A DNA stretch of 64,000 nucleotides. Origin: an uncultured Desulfobacter sp. Lineage in GTDB: Bacteria > Desulfobacterota > Desulfobacteria > Desulfobacterales > Desulfobacteraceae. The stretch lies in NCBI GenBank assembly GCA_963665095.1, contig OY762069.1, positions 1,376,001 through 1,440,000 on the forward strand. The letters are read 5' to 3'. Below, piece by piece: positions 38,191 to 48,423 of the stretch (its first letter is position 1; each line of letters opens with the position of its first letter). Under the pieces are notes generated by a model that worked only from the letters and a program-made list of their open reading frames with translations, did no database searches and had not been told where the DNA came from. Made by a program: the position numbers and the translations under genes.

Positions 38191-40863
38191 GTGCCCCCAA
38201 AAAAACAAGCAATTTGTGCAAAAACCGTTATTACCAGCCATGTAAATTCTGATTTTGATGCCATCGGCGCCATGCTTGCCGCTCAAAAGCTCTATCCGGA
38301 TGCGGTAATTCTGTTTCCCGGTTCCCAGGAAAAAAATTTGAGGGATTTTTTTATTCACTCAATGGGGTATCTGTTTAATATGGCAGATCCGGCCGCGATT
38401 GATTTTTCACAGACAACGCGTCTGGTCATTGTCGATACAAGGCAGAAGAGCCGTCTGTCAGGGGTGGAACCTCTTTTTAAAAAACAGGATCTTATCATAG
38501 ATATCTATGACCATCATCCGCCCATGCCTGACGAAATAAAGAGCACCAGCGAAGTGTCAAAGCTTTACGGGGCAACCACCACCATCATGTGTGAGCTGTT
38601 GCGGGAAAAAGGCATTACTATCAGCAGTGACGAAGCAACGGTCATGGCCCTTGGCATATACGAGGATACCGGCAGTTTTACCTATGCCTCCACAACCCCG
38701 GCCGACCTGGAACAGGCAGGGTATCTTGTCTCCTGTGGGGCCTGCATCTCCACCATTGCAAGCCTGGTGGTCAAGGAGATGAAAACCGAACAGGTGACCT
38801 GGCTTAATGAACTGATCAATGAAATGACGCCGATTGTCATTAACGGCATTAAAATTCATCTGTCTGTCATTGCTGCCTCGGATTACATCCCGGATCTTGC
38901 CTCAGTTGTACAAAAAATTGTCAGAATGGAGAACCTGGACTGTTTTTTTGCCCTGGTGCTGATGGGTGCCAAGGTGCATGTAATTGCCAGAAACCGGCTC
39001 CATGAACTGGACGTGGGCAAAATCATGGGGATCCTTGGAGGCGGCGGCCACTATTATGCAGCTTCCGCAAAGATCGAAAACCAGACGTTGTCCCAGGTGG
39101 AAATGCGCCTGGTAAACCTGATCGAACAGCAGCTCAAGCAGGTAAGCGTGGCCAAAAAGCTTATGTCAACGCCTGCCATCACCATTGATTCGGATCAAAC
39201 CTGTCTATCGGCGTCGCAAAAAATGATCCGATATAACCTGAACACCTTGATTGTTGTGGAGCCCCAAACCCACGAGTACTTGGGATTCATCACCCGCCAG
39301 GTGGCGGAAAAACTGCTTCACCATAAGCTTTCCGAACAGCCGGTTGGCGAATATCTTGAACCCGGGCGGGAATGGGTAACCTATTCCAGTGATCTTTCTG
39401 AAATCGAACAAAAAATTATTGATCAAAAACAACGGGTGATTCCGGTGATGGAAAACAACACAATTGTGGGTGCCATCACCCGGACCGACCTGTTAAATTT
39501 CCTGGTGGAGCGCAACCGGGAATTTGTCATGAGTGAAAAACAGGAGATATCAGGGTTAAGAGCCCGTACCAGATACGTTGGAAACCTTCTGGACAACCGC
39601 TTGAACCAGCGTGTCTATACCTTGCTGGAGCAGATGGGTGCGGCTGCAGACGACCTGGGTGTGGAGGTCTATGTGGTGGGCGGCTTTGTCCGGGATCTCA
39701 TGCTGGAACGGCCCAATGAAGATGTGGATGTGGTGGTGGAAGGTGACGGCATAGAATTTGCCGCCTATTTTGCCAACATTCATAACTGCCGGATGAGCCC
39801 CCATCGAAAATTCAATACAGCGGTGCTGATTTTTGAGGACGGTTTTAAGGTGGATGTGGCATCTGCACGGCTTGAATACTATGCCACCCCGGCGGCCCTT
39901 CCTGTGGTTGAAAATTCCTCCATCAAACTGGATCTGGCCCGTCGGGATTTCACCATCAATACCCTGGCCGTTTCATTAAACAAAGAGTCCTTTGGAACCT
40001 TGATCGACTATTTTGGCGGCATCCGGGATATTAAAGATAAAATAGTTCGTATTATTCATAACTTAAGCTTTATTGAAGATCCCACCCGGATTTTCAGGGC
40101 TATTAAGTTTTCAAACCGGTTTGGATTCAGCATTGGCAAGGTGACCTCGAATCTTATCAGAAATGCCCTGAACATCGGAACGGTCAAACATTTGAGTGGA
40201 CTTCGGGTATTGTCCGAACTCAAGCAAATTTTTGGTGAAGAAAATCCTTTGCCGGCGCTGCAGTCCATGTCCGACTTTGGCCTGGACAGGGTGATTCATC
40301 CGGATCTGCAACTGACACCGGCCACCTGTACCCTGTTTGAGGCCGTGAATAAGACCCTGGTATGGCATGATCTTTTATACCAGGATGATCCTTATCCTAA
40401 ATGGGCGGTCTATTTTATGGCCTGGCTGCATGGCTGTTCCTTTGAGGTAAGTACACAAATCGCTGGCCGATTGATGTTCCCAATCAAAGAGAAAGAGATT
40501 CTGCTGGATCAGCGGATCAAGGCTGAAAAAATGATTTACCATATTGAAAGGCGGTTTCCTGTTCCAAGACACCGAATGTACTGGGCACTGATCTACTTTA
40601 AAACCGAGTGTATTTTGTATATGCTGGCCCTGACAAAAAATGAGCAGGTCCGCAAAGCCATTTCCAATTTTTACACCCACCACAGACATGTCAAGCCATT
40701 GATCGGCGGAAAACATCTGCGCACCATGGGTATTAAACCAGGACCTGTTTACACTCAGATCTTAAACCGTATCATCGACCAGAAGCTGGATGATAAATTA
40801 ACCACCGTGGATGAAGAACTTGAATTTGCAAAACTTTGGGCGGTCGAACATAAGCTTTTATGA
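38191..40863 (+). CDS. tRNA nucleotidyltransferase with N-terminal DHH/DHHA1 and CBS domains
   Basis: HVNSDFD, DHH, GGGH, CBS pair, VGGFVRD..DVD, RRDFTIN, EDPTRIFR. Confidence 0.9.
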   Translation: MPPKKQAICAKTVITSHVNSDFDAIGAMLAAQKLYPDAVILFPGSQEKNLRDFFIHSMGYLFNMADPAAIDFSQTTRLVIVDTRQKSRLSGVEPLFKKQDLIIDIYDHHPPMPDEIKSTSEVSKLYGATTTIMCELLREKGITISSDEATVMALGIYEDTGSFTYASTTPADLEQAGYLVSCGACISTIASLVVKEMKTEQVTWLNELINEMTPIVINGIKIHLSVIAASDYIPDLASVVQKIVRMENLDCFFALVLMGAKVHVIARNRLHELDVGKIMGILGGGGHYYAASAKIENQTLSQVEMRLVNLIEQQLKQVSVAKKLMSTPAITIDSDQTCLSASQKMIRYNLNTLIVVEPQTHEYLGFITRQVAEKLLHHKLSEQPVGEYLEPGREWVTYSSDLSEIEQKIIDQKQRVIPVMENNTIVGAITRTDLLNFLVERNREFVMSEKQEISGLRARTRYVGNLLDNRLNQRVYTLLEQMGAAADDLGVEVYVVGGFVRDLMLERPNEDVDVVVEGDGIEFAAYFANIHNCRMSPHRKFNTAVLIFEDGFKVDVASARLEYYATPAALPVVENSSIKLDLARRDFTINTLAVSLNKESFGTLIDYFGGIRDIKDKIVRIIHNLSFIEDPTRIFRAIKFSNRFGFSIGKVTSNLIRNALNIGTVKHLSGLRVLSELKQIFGEENPLPALQSMSDFGLDRVIHPDLQLTPATCTLFEAVNKTLVWHDLLYQDDPYPKWAVYFMAWLHGCSFEVSTQIAGRLMFPIKEKEILLDQRIKAEKMIYHIERRFPVPRHRMYWALIYFKTECILYMLALTKNEQVRKAISNFYTHHRHVKPLIGGKHLRTMGIKPGPVYTQILNRIIDQKLDDKLTTVDEELEFAKLWAVEHKLL

Positions 40864-40955
40864 GCTTGATTCAGGTGTAAGCTTGAAAAAAGAAAAGGAT
40901 TCTGGTACTTCCCTTTGTCGAAATAACCCCTATCAATAATGGTTTAGGAACATAC

Positions 40956-41966
40956 ATGAAAAACGCAGATTTTTTAACCGGTATCACCACCTCAGGTACC
41001 CCCCATCTCGGCAACTATGTGGGGGCCATCCGTCCGGCTGTGGACTCCAGCAAAAACAAGGACCTGACCTCCTATTATTTTCTGGCGGATTACCACTCCC
41101 TGATTAAAAATCATGACCCTAAAAAGCGGCGGCAGTCCTCCCTTGAAATTGCCGCGGCCTGGATTGCACTAGGCCTGGATTACGACAACTGTGTATTTTA
41201 CAGACAGTCAGATATTCCTGAGATCCCGGAACTTACCTGGATTTTAACCTGCCTGACGGCCAAAGGACTGATGAACCGGGCTCATGCATATAAGGCAGCT
41301 GTCCAGGAGAACGAGGAACAGGAACGCAAAGACCCGGATCAGGGTGTCACCATGGGGCTTTTCTGCTATCCGGTCCTTATGGCTGCGGACATTTTGATGT
41401 TTAACGCGGCAAAAGTACCTGTTGGCAAGGACCAGATCCAGCACCTTGAGATGACCAGGGATATTGCGGCAAGATTCAATCACGTGTACGAGCCATTGTT
41501 TGTGCTGCCGGAGGTTGTGGTGGATGAGACAACCGCTGTTTTGTCCGGACTGGATGGCCGGAAAATGAGCAAGAGCTACAACAATTTTATCCCGCTGTTT
41601 GATACGGAAAAACGCCTGCGTAAAATGATCATGAAGATTCAGACCAACTCGCTTGGCCCTGATGAGCCAAAAGATCCGGAGACCTGTACGCTTTTTTCCA
41701 TTTACCGGGCATTTGCCAATGAAGAAGAGACCCGTGCCATGGCCCAGAGGTACCGGGAAGGCATTGCCTGGGGTGTCATGAAACAGGAGTTGTTTGAATA
41801 CATCAACGAAATCCTGAAAGAACCCAGAGTGCGGTACGATGAATTAATCGCCCATCCGGAAGAGATTGAAACGATTCTTGAAAAAGGGGCGGTGCGGGCC
41901 AGAGAATACTCTGTTCCCTTCCTTGATAAGATCAGGAAATGTGTGGGAATCCAGTCACTGCTTTAG
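40956..41966 (+). CDS. trpS: Tryptophan--tRNA ligase
   Basis: HLGN, YPVLMAADIL, VPVGKDQ, KMSKS. Confidence 0.96.
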   Translation: MKNADFLTGITTSGTPHLGNYVGAIRPAVDSSKNKDLTSYYFLADYHSLIKNHDPKKRRQSSLEIAAAWIALGLDYDNCVFYRQSDIPEIPELTWILTCLTAKGLMNRAHAYKAAVQENEEQERKDPDQGVTMGLFCYPVLMAADILMFNAAKVPVGKDQIQHLEMTRDIAARFNHVYEPLFVLPEVVVDETTAVLSGLDGRKMSKSYNNFIPLFDTEKRLRKMIMKIQTNSLGPDEPKDPETCTLFSIYRAFANEEETRAMAQRYREGIAWGVMKQELFEYINEILKEPRVRYDELIAHPEEIETILEKGAVRAREYSVPFLDKIRKCVGIQSLL

Positions 41967-42686
41967 TGTTTTGATCTCTTTGGCCGTCAGATAACGCCAT
42001 TTTCCGCTGGCCAGATTACCCAGGGTAATGCTGGCCATGCGGATGCGTTTGAGCATCTCCACCTGATTTCCGCATTTGCCCACCATTTTGCGGATCTGAC
42101 GGTTTAACCCCTGTTTTAACGTTATTTTAAATCCGTTCTGGGCAACCCGTTTTACCCTTGCCGTGCGCGTTTTCTGCCCGTCTATAACCATGCCGGCAGC
42201 CATGGCGGAAAGATCCTGGTCGCTGACGGGGTGTGCCGTATACACCAGATACTCTTTCTCGTGGTCGTGGGAGGGGTGGGAAAGCCGGTTGTGAAGATCG
42301 CCGTCATCGGTGAGCAGTACCAGTCCCACAGAATCTTTATCCAGGCGACCCACCGGATACACTCTTTCTTTTACCGGTACAATATCCAGAATGATCTTTG
42401 CTTTTTTCTGGGAACAGGTGGTGATGACCCCTTTGGGCTTATTTACAGCAATGTAGGTAAACTTTCGGTTCTCTTCAGGAGTATGCCTGACCGGCTTCCC
42501 GTCCAGGCAGATCTTATCTTTTTGGGGATCCGCACAGGTTCCAAGGGTTTTAACCACAGAACCGTTTACACTGACCCGGCCTGCAAGAATATAGATTTCA
42601 GCCTTTCTGCGAGAGCATAGGCCTGAATGGGCCAGAATTTTCTGCAGACGGACAGCGCTATTGGGATCAGGTTCTGTAGTCGGCAT
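41955..42686 (-). CDS. rRNA pseudouridine synthase (RluB/RsuA family, S4 domain)
   Basis: RLQK..SRRKAE S4 domain, NKPKG, VGRLD, GLNRQIRKM. Confidence 0.9.
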   Translation of the reverse strand: MPTTEPDPNSAVRLQKILAHSGLCSRRKAEIYILAGRVSVNGSVVKTLGTCADPQKDKICLDGKPVRHTPEENRKFTYIAVNKPKGVITTCSQKKAKIILDIVPVKERVYPVGRLDKDSVGLVLLTDDGDLHNRLSHPSHDHEKEYLVYTAHPVSDQDLSAMAAGMVIDGQKTRTARVKRVAQNGFKITLKQGLNRQIRKMVGKCGNQVEMLKRIRMASITLGNLASGKWRYLTAKEIKTLKQ

Positions 42687-43842
42687 TGATTTTGACATAG
42701 TTTTCACTGAAATCGCAGAATAGAAACTGGTCTGTTCCATCTCCCAGGTTCAAATCCAGAACAATGGATATTTCATCCTGTTTCATAATCAAGGCGGCCT
42801 GCTTTTCTGCCTCAGGTCCCTGCCATTTTCCCTTATCAACCAAAAGGACATCTCCAAAATAGAGATCCATTTTGTCCTGATCCACCCGGGCCTGGGATCT
42901 GCCGGCTGCAGCAGTAATCCGTCCCCAGTTGGGATCTTCACCGTAAAGGGCTGTTTTGACAAGCGGTGAATGGGCAATGGCCTCGGCTGCTTTAAAGGCA
43001 TCCTGGCGGGTGACAGCCCCTTTGACAACTATGGAAGCAAGTTTTGTGGCCCCTTCGCCATCTTTTATAATCATCTTTGCAAGTTCATAACACACCTCGT
43101 CTAAAAGAGCCTGGAAACTTACAAAGGCGGCATCATTTTCAATAACAGCCTGCCCTGCCCCGCTGGCCATGCACACAAGGGTGTCATTGGTGCTGGTGTC
43201 CCCGTCAACCGTTACCCGGTTAAATGAACAAGACGCCGCATGGGCCAGGGCCTGTTTTAATTTATCGCTGGGAATTGAGGCATCGGTGAATACATAGGCC
43301 AGCATGGTGGCCATATCCGGCCGGATCATGCCGGAGCCTTTGCAAACGCCAGTGATGGTAAAGGTTTTTTCACTGTCTGCAGCAACGCCTGTTCGGGAGA
43401 CAATTTTTTTGCAGGTGTCGGTGGTGAGAATGGCGTCGGCAAAATCATCAAGTGACGCTATATCGAGTGCGGCAGCTGCCTCAGGTATCCCGGCTTTAAA
43501 TTTTTCCATGGGAAGGGGGGCCCCGATGACTCCGGTGGAGGAGACCAGCACAAGGTCAGAATCAATACTCAGGGCCTCGGCCACAAGTTCGACACATTGC
43601 CTTGCATCAGCCACCCCCTGCTGCCCTGTAAAACAGTTGGCGTTTCCTGAATTGACCAGAACAGCCTGGAGCTTCCCATTTTCCATGGTCTTTCGTCCAA
43701 GGATTACAGGGGCTGCAACCACCTGATTACGGGTGAACAACGCAGCGGCACAGGCCGGGGCGTCTGAAAAAATCAACCCCAGGTCTCTGGCATCCTTTTT
43801 TTTAATTCCGGCGCGGATACCGGCAAACTTAAAGCCTTTCAT
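42667..43842 (-). CDS. argJ: Bifunctional ornithine acetyltransferase/N-acetylglutamate synthase
   Basis: NSGNAN, STGVIG, KGSGMIRPDMATML, DTSTND, DGEGA, NWGR; start set at MKGFK. Confidence 0.96.
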   Translation of the reverse strand: MKGFKFAGIRAGIKKKDARDLGLIFSDAPACAAALFTRNQVVAAPVILGRKTMENGKLQAVLVNSGNANCFTGQQGVADARQCVELVAEALSIDSDLVLVSSTGVIGAPLPMEKFKAGIPEAAAALDIASLDDFADAILTTDTCKKIVSRTGVAADSEKTFTITGVCKGSGMIRPDMATMLAYVFTDASIPSDKLKQALAHAASCSFNRVTVDGDTSTNDTLVCMASGAGQAVIENDAAFVSFQALLDEVCYELAKMIIKDGEGATKLASIVVKGAVTRQDAFKAAEAIAHSPLVKTALYGEDPNWGRITAAAGRSQARVDQDKMDLYFGDVLLVDKGKWQGPEAEKQAALIMKQDEISIVLDLNLGDGTDQFLFCDFSENYVKINADYRT

Positions 43843-44344
43843 GGTAGCTTTCCTTTTCCTGTCTTCGTCTCCCGGCCGTTTGAAAACCACGTTGAGCAGC
43901 AGATTTCTAACCTGATCCGAGGGCTGCATGACACTTGAATTTGTCATTGGGTATTTTTTCCGGTTATTGCCCATCCATACAAGGCCATTTTGTGCCATTT
44001 CTAAAATGGATGAAAGTGTAAATTTTCCTGCTTTCAAATGAAAATTGACCGTGAATTATAATGGGGTTTTAGACACCTGTAAATACAGATTTTTTAAAGA
44101 GCTTATTAATTTGAAGCTGTTTGTGGCCTTCTTTTTTTTCGGTTTTAATTTGTCACCCAAAGTTTGATATCGAACTATAAAAAATTTGTTAAAAGCTTAT
44201 TGCATAATGAAACACCATGATTGCAGATTGAAACATCTGAATTTTAAGGAAAATTTTCCATTATCAAATGTAAGATACCGATGTTGCAAAGAATTGCATG
44301 CCTTGGACCCACCAAAAAAAATTAAAAAACGGTTAAAAAAGCAT

Positions 44345-44399
44345 TTGACATTAAAAAATTAACTGAGTATACACTCAAATAAATTGAGTAGTCACTCAA
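44345..44399 (+). promoter_or_regulatory. Sigma70 promoter with two palindromic operators
   Basis: TTGACA-N17-TATACA; TGAGT-ATAC-ACTCA (44364-44377) and TGAGT-AGTC-ACTCA (44385-44398). Confidence 0.8.
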
Positions 44400-44413
44400 A
44401 TTTAAGAGGTGTT

Positions 44414-44992
44414 ATGTCAAAAAAAGATGCCATACTGCAGGCTGCCACAGTGCTGTTTTCCAAAAATGGATTCAAAGAGACCTCCACTGCTGATCTGGCC
44501 AAAATGATCAATGTGGCGGAAGGAACCATTTTTTATCATTTCAAGACCAAGGACAAACTGTTCCTTGCAGTTCTTGAAGAGACCAAAAGAATGATTCTGG
44601 AAGAATTTGACGCCTATATGGGAAACCAGCAGTTTGACAGCGGCATGGGCATGATTGAACGCGCGGTCTCCTTCCACCTATACCTGGCAGGCATTATGGA
44701 AAACCAGTTTCTGCTGCTGCACCGGTACTACCCCTATCAGATGGCCGAGGTGTTACCCGAGTGCCGCAGTAATCTGGAGGCCATTTATGACTGTCTGGTG
44801 TCCATTTATGAAGAAGCCATTGAGATCGGACAAAAGGACGGATCCATTGATCCGTTGCCTGCCCGGAAAACCGCATTGATCATCTTTTCCATGGTGGACG
44901 GGGTGGTCAGGTTCAAGACGTACAACCTGTACAATGCCAATGCCCTTTTCAGTGAAATGGTCACTGCCTGCAGGCGCATGCTAAAGACTTAG
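44414..44992 (+). CDS. TetR/AcrR-family transcriptional regulator
   Basis: ILQAA..LF..GF..TS..DLA..VAEGTIFYHFKTKDKL HTH. Confidence 0.93.
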   Translation: MSKKDAILQAATVLFSKNGFKETSTADLAKMINVAEGTIFYHFKTKDKLFLAVLEETKRMILEEFDAYMGNQQFDSGMGMIERAVSFHLYLAGIMENQFLLLHRYYPYQMAEVLPECRSNLEAIYDCLVSIYEEAIEIGQKDGSIDPLPARKTALIIFSMVDGVVRFKTYNLYNANALFSEMVTACRRMLKT

Positions 44993-45018
44993 ACAATCAA
45001 CTTAGAAAGGTGTTCGAC

Positions 45019-47154
45019 ATGTTATCCAAAATACTGCCGTTCATAGAGTGGTTCAAGGATTACTCCCTTGCCAAATTCAGAATTGATTTTGTGGCAGGAC
45101 TGACTGTGGCCCTGGTGCTTATTCCTCAGTCCATGGCCTATGCCCAGCTAGCAGGTCTACCGGCCTATTATGGGCTTTATGCGGCGTTTCTGCCGCCCAT
45201 GATTGCCTCCTTGTTCGGGTCCAGCCGGCAGCTGGCCACAGGTCCTGTGGCAATTGTCTCCCTGATGACAGCAGCAAGTCTTGAGCCGCTGGCGTCTGCC
45301 GGAAGTGAGGCCTTTATTGCCTATGCCATCATCCTGGCCATGACCATTGGCGTGTTTCAGCTGCTTCTTGGCATACTGCGTTTGGGGCTTATCGTCAATT
45401 TTCTGTCCCATCCGGTGGTGAATGGTTTTACCAACGCGGGTGCTATCATTATTGCCACCTCCCAGTTGTCTAAAATGTTTGGCGTATACGTGGACAAGGC
45501 CCCCCACCACTATGAAACCATTATCCGGGTGGTGGAAAGCGCCTTTCATTATACCCATCTGCCCACCCTTGGAATGGGGGTCTTATCCATTGCCATCATG
45601 GTGGGTTTAAAGCGGATCAATCCAAGAATTCCGTATGTGCTTGCTGCAGTGGCTGTTACCACCATCCTCTCCTGGACCATGGGATTTCAGCATAATGTCA
45701 CAGTGTCACTTGACCAGATTCACAATGAGCAGGTTCAAAAGGATATTATTCAATTTAACGAGACAGTAGAGACCATTGCCGCGTTAAGTACGGAACGTAC
45801 CCTGTTTACTTCCAAACTGGAAGGCAGCCATGATGCAAGCCCGCTGGACAGACTCGATCTTGAATACCAGTCCCGGGTGCTGACTGCTAAAATCGATGGG
45901 GCCAAGGCCAAAGCCTCTGAAATTCGAACCAGACTTAGAAACATTAAATTCGCTGCTGTGGGAGAAAAGGAGAACAGCCTTGTTTTTTTTCCGGAAGCCG
46001 ATTTGGGAACTGTCCCACGGCATGATGACCGGGTATACCGTATGCGTATCGGAAACAAAGTGCTCAAAACCGAAAGTCTGCTGATCTCAGGAGGCGGTGC
46101 TGTTGTGGGTGAAATCCCAAAAGGCCTTCCCAAGATCGGGATACCGAAAATTACCGTTTCCATCTTCTTTCAGCTGCTCCCCTATGCAATTATCATCTCC
46201 CTGCTCGGCTTCATGGAAGCCATTGCCATTGCCAAGGCCATGGCAGCCAAAACCGGCCAGAGGCTGGACCCAAACCAGGAGCTTATTGGCCAGGGCCTTT
46301 CCAATATTATCGGCTCCTTTGGTAAAAGCTATCCGGTTTCCGGATCTTTTTCCAGAAGTGCGGTAAACCTTCAGGCTGGCGCTGTTACCGGTCTTTCCAG
46401 TGTTATTACAAGCCTGATGGTTATCATCACCCTGCTGTTTTTCACCCCGTTGCTTTATCATCTGCCCCAGGCTGTTCTGGCCTCGGTTATCATGATGGCG
46501 GTAATCGGTCTGGTGAATGTTTCCGGTTTTGTCCATGCCTGGAAAGCCCAGTGGTATGACGGCCTGATTTCAGTGATCACCTTTGTGGTTACGCTTGCCG
46601 TAGCCCCCCACCTTGAAAGCGGTATTTATATCGGTGTGGGCTTGTCCTTGGGCGTATTCCTGTATAAATGCATGCGTCCCAGAATCAGTTCCCTGTCCCG
46701 CGGAGAGGATCAATCTTTAAAAGACTCCTGCGTTCATGAACTTGCCACCTGTGAACACATCGAACTGATCCGGTTTGAAGGCCCCTTGTTTTTTGCCAAT
46801 GCAAGCTATCTTGAAGACGAAATTAATGACCGGATTCAAAATGCAACAAATCTGCGGCATATCATTATTGCCTGTAACGGTGTAAATGATATAGATGCAT
46901 CAGGACAGGAAACACTGGCTCTGGTGATCCAGCGTCTGAGAAGTGCCGGCTACGGCGTCTCATTAAGCGGGGTCAATGATGCTGTATACAAAGTACTTGA
47001 GCGTACCCATCTGCTGGAAGAAATCGGGGTACACAATATTTACCCGACCATGGAAAGAGCCCTGTCAAGCGTCCATGCACAGACGCATGTCGGCTCCACG
47101 GAAAATCAGTGTCCATTGCTTGTAAACTGTCTGAGCACGGAATCAACGAATTAA
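45019..47154 (+). CDS. SulP/SLC26 anion transporter with STAS domain and internal insertion
   Basis: DFVAGLTV, PQSMAYA, GP, NQELIGQG, GSFSRS, LFFAN, DASG. Confidence 0.93.
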   Translation: MLSKILPFIEWFKDYSLAKFRIDFVAGLTVALVLIPQSMAYAQLAGLPAYYGLYAAFLPPMIASLFGSSRQLATGPVAIVSLMTAASLEPLASAGSEAFIAYAIILAMTIGVFQLLLGILRLGLIVNFLSHPVVNGFTNAGAIIIATSQLSKMFGVYVDKAPHHYETIIRVVESAFHYTHLPTLGMGVLSIAIMVGLKRINPRIPYVLAAVAVTTILSWTMGFQHNVTVSLDQIHNEQVQKDIIQFNETVETIAALSTERTLFTSKLEGSHDASPLDRLDLEYQSRVLTAKIDGAKAKASEIRTRLRNIKFAAVGEKENSLVFFPEADLGTVPRHDDRVYRMRIGNKVLKTESLLISGGGAVVGEIPKGLPKIGIPKITVSIFFQLLPYAIIISLLGFMEAIAIAKAMAAKTGQRLDPNQELIGQGLSNIIGSFGKSYPVSGSFSRSAVNLQAGAVTGLSSVITSLMVIITLLFFTPLLYHLPQAVLASVIMMAVIGLVNVSGFVHAWKAQWYDGLISVITFVVTLAVAPHLESGIYIGVGLSLGVFLYKCMRPRISSLSRGEDQSLKDSCVHELATCEHIELIRFEGPLFFANASYLEDEINDRIQNATNLRHIIIACNGVNDIDASGQETLALVIQRLRSAGYGVSLSGVNDAVYKVLERTHLLEEIGVHNIYPTMERALSSVHAQTHVGSTENQCPLLVNCLSTESTN

Positions 47155-47170
47155 ATAAAGGAGATATCCC

Positions 47171-48391
47171 ATGTCTATACTGACATTTTTCAGCGGTTCA
47201 TATTGCGGCAAAGAGTCTATCATTTCAGATGTTGTTAACCAGAGCGGATTCAAGCATTTGTCTGACAACGATCTGGTGGCAAAGGCAAGCGCGCTGTCCG
47301 GCATGCAGGAAAAAAAGATCGCACGGTCTTTCCTTGAAAAGCCATCCGTTTTCAATAAGTTCACCCATGAAAAAGAGCGGGCCACCGCCTATCTGCGCCT
47401 GGCTGTAGCCGAATACCTGTCAGAGGAAAACTATGTGATTGACGGATTTTCAAGCCTTTTGATTCCTGCTTCCATCAGCCATGTGTTAAGAATCTGCCTG
47501 ATTGCCGACAGAGCATTTCGAATCAACCAGGCCGAAAAAGAACACAGCCTGAGTGAAAAAGACGCCGCCAGCCTGATTGCCAAAGATGATGAACGGTTCA
47601 GCCAGTGGTCTGATACCCTTTATAAAATTTCAGATCCCTGGGATACCTCTTTATATGATATGATTCTTCCCACGGATAAAATGCCCAGTAACGAGGCAGT
47701 CACTCTGATCATTGACAACCTTAAAAATGAAGTGATCCAACCCACCAAAGCCTCCATGAAAGCAGCCCAGGATTTTGTTCTGGCTGCCCGGGTGGAAGTG
47801 GCCCTGTCAAAGGAGGGGCATGCCGTCGGCGTGACTGTACGTGACGGGCTTGTCACTTTGACCATTAATACCAATGTGCTGCTTTTGGGCCGGCTTGAAG
47901 ATGAGTTAAAATCCATTGTGGGCCAGGTTGAAGGGGTCTCTTCGGTTGAGACCCGTATTGGTAAGGGTTTTTACCAGGCAGATATTTACCGAAGGTTCGA
48001 TTTCCAGGTGCCGTCCAAGGTGCTGCTTGTGGATGATGAGCGGGAGTTTGTTCAAACCCTGTCCGAGCGTCTGCAAATGAGAGATGTTGGCTCAGCCATT
48101 GCTTACGACGGAGAATCCGCATTGAATCTGGTGGAAGAGGATCAGCCGGATGTCATGATTCTTGACCTGAAAATGCCGGGTATTGACGGCATTGAAGTGT
48201 TAAAGAAAGTAAAGGAAAACCGTCCGGAAATAGAAGTGATCATACTGACAGGCCATGGTTCGGAAGCAGACAAAGAGATCTGTATGAAACTTGGAGCCTA
48301 TGCCTACCTGCAAAAGCCTGTTGATATAGAAGAGTTGAGCCGGACTCTGAAGGCGGCCAATGAAAAGATCCAGAAAAACGCCAAAGCATAA
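47171..48391 (+). CDS. Cytidylate-kinase-like + BON-like + receiver (REC) fusion protein
   Basis: N-terminal CMK-like fold (D..R..W...LY....D..LYD), BON-like GQVEGVSSV segment, intact REC (LLVDD, LDLKMP, LTGHG, KP). Confidence 0.75.
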   Translation: MSILTFFSGSYCGKESIISDVVNQSGFKHLSDNDLVAKASALSGMQEKKIARSFLEKPSVFNKFTHEKERATAYLRLAVAEYLSEENYVIDGFSSLLIPASISHVLRICLIADRAFRINQAEKEHSLSEKDAASLIAKDDERFSQWSDTLYKISDPWDTSLYDMILPTDKMPSNEAVTLIIDNLKNEVIQPTKASMKAAQDFVLAARVEVALSKEGHAVGVTVRDGLVTLTINTNVLLLGRLEDELKSIVGQVEGVSSVETRIGKGFYQADIYRRFDFQVPSKVLLVDDEREFVQTLSERLQMRDVGSAIAYDGESALNLVEEDQPDVMILDLKMPGIDGIEVLKKVKENRPEIEVIILTGHGSEADKEICMKLGAYAYLQKPVDIEELSRTLKAANEKIQKNAKA

Positions 48392-48423
48392 ACTTTAACA
48401 CAGCCGGGAAATGAATCACCATT

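Noticed and set aside
43843..44037. 65-aa N-terminal extension of ArgJ in the ORF track, or an Arg leader
   Set aside because: ArgJ similarity starts at MKGFK, which has its own purine-rich RBS; no convincing ARG box, leader peptide or terminator
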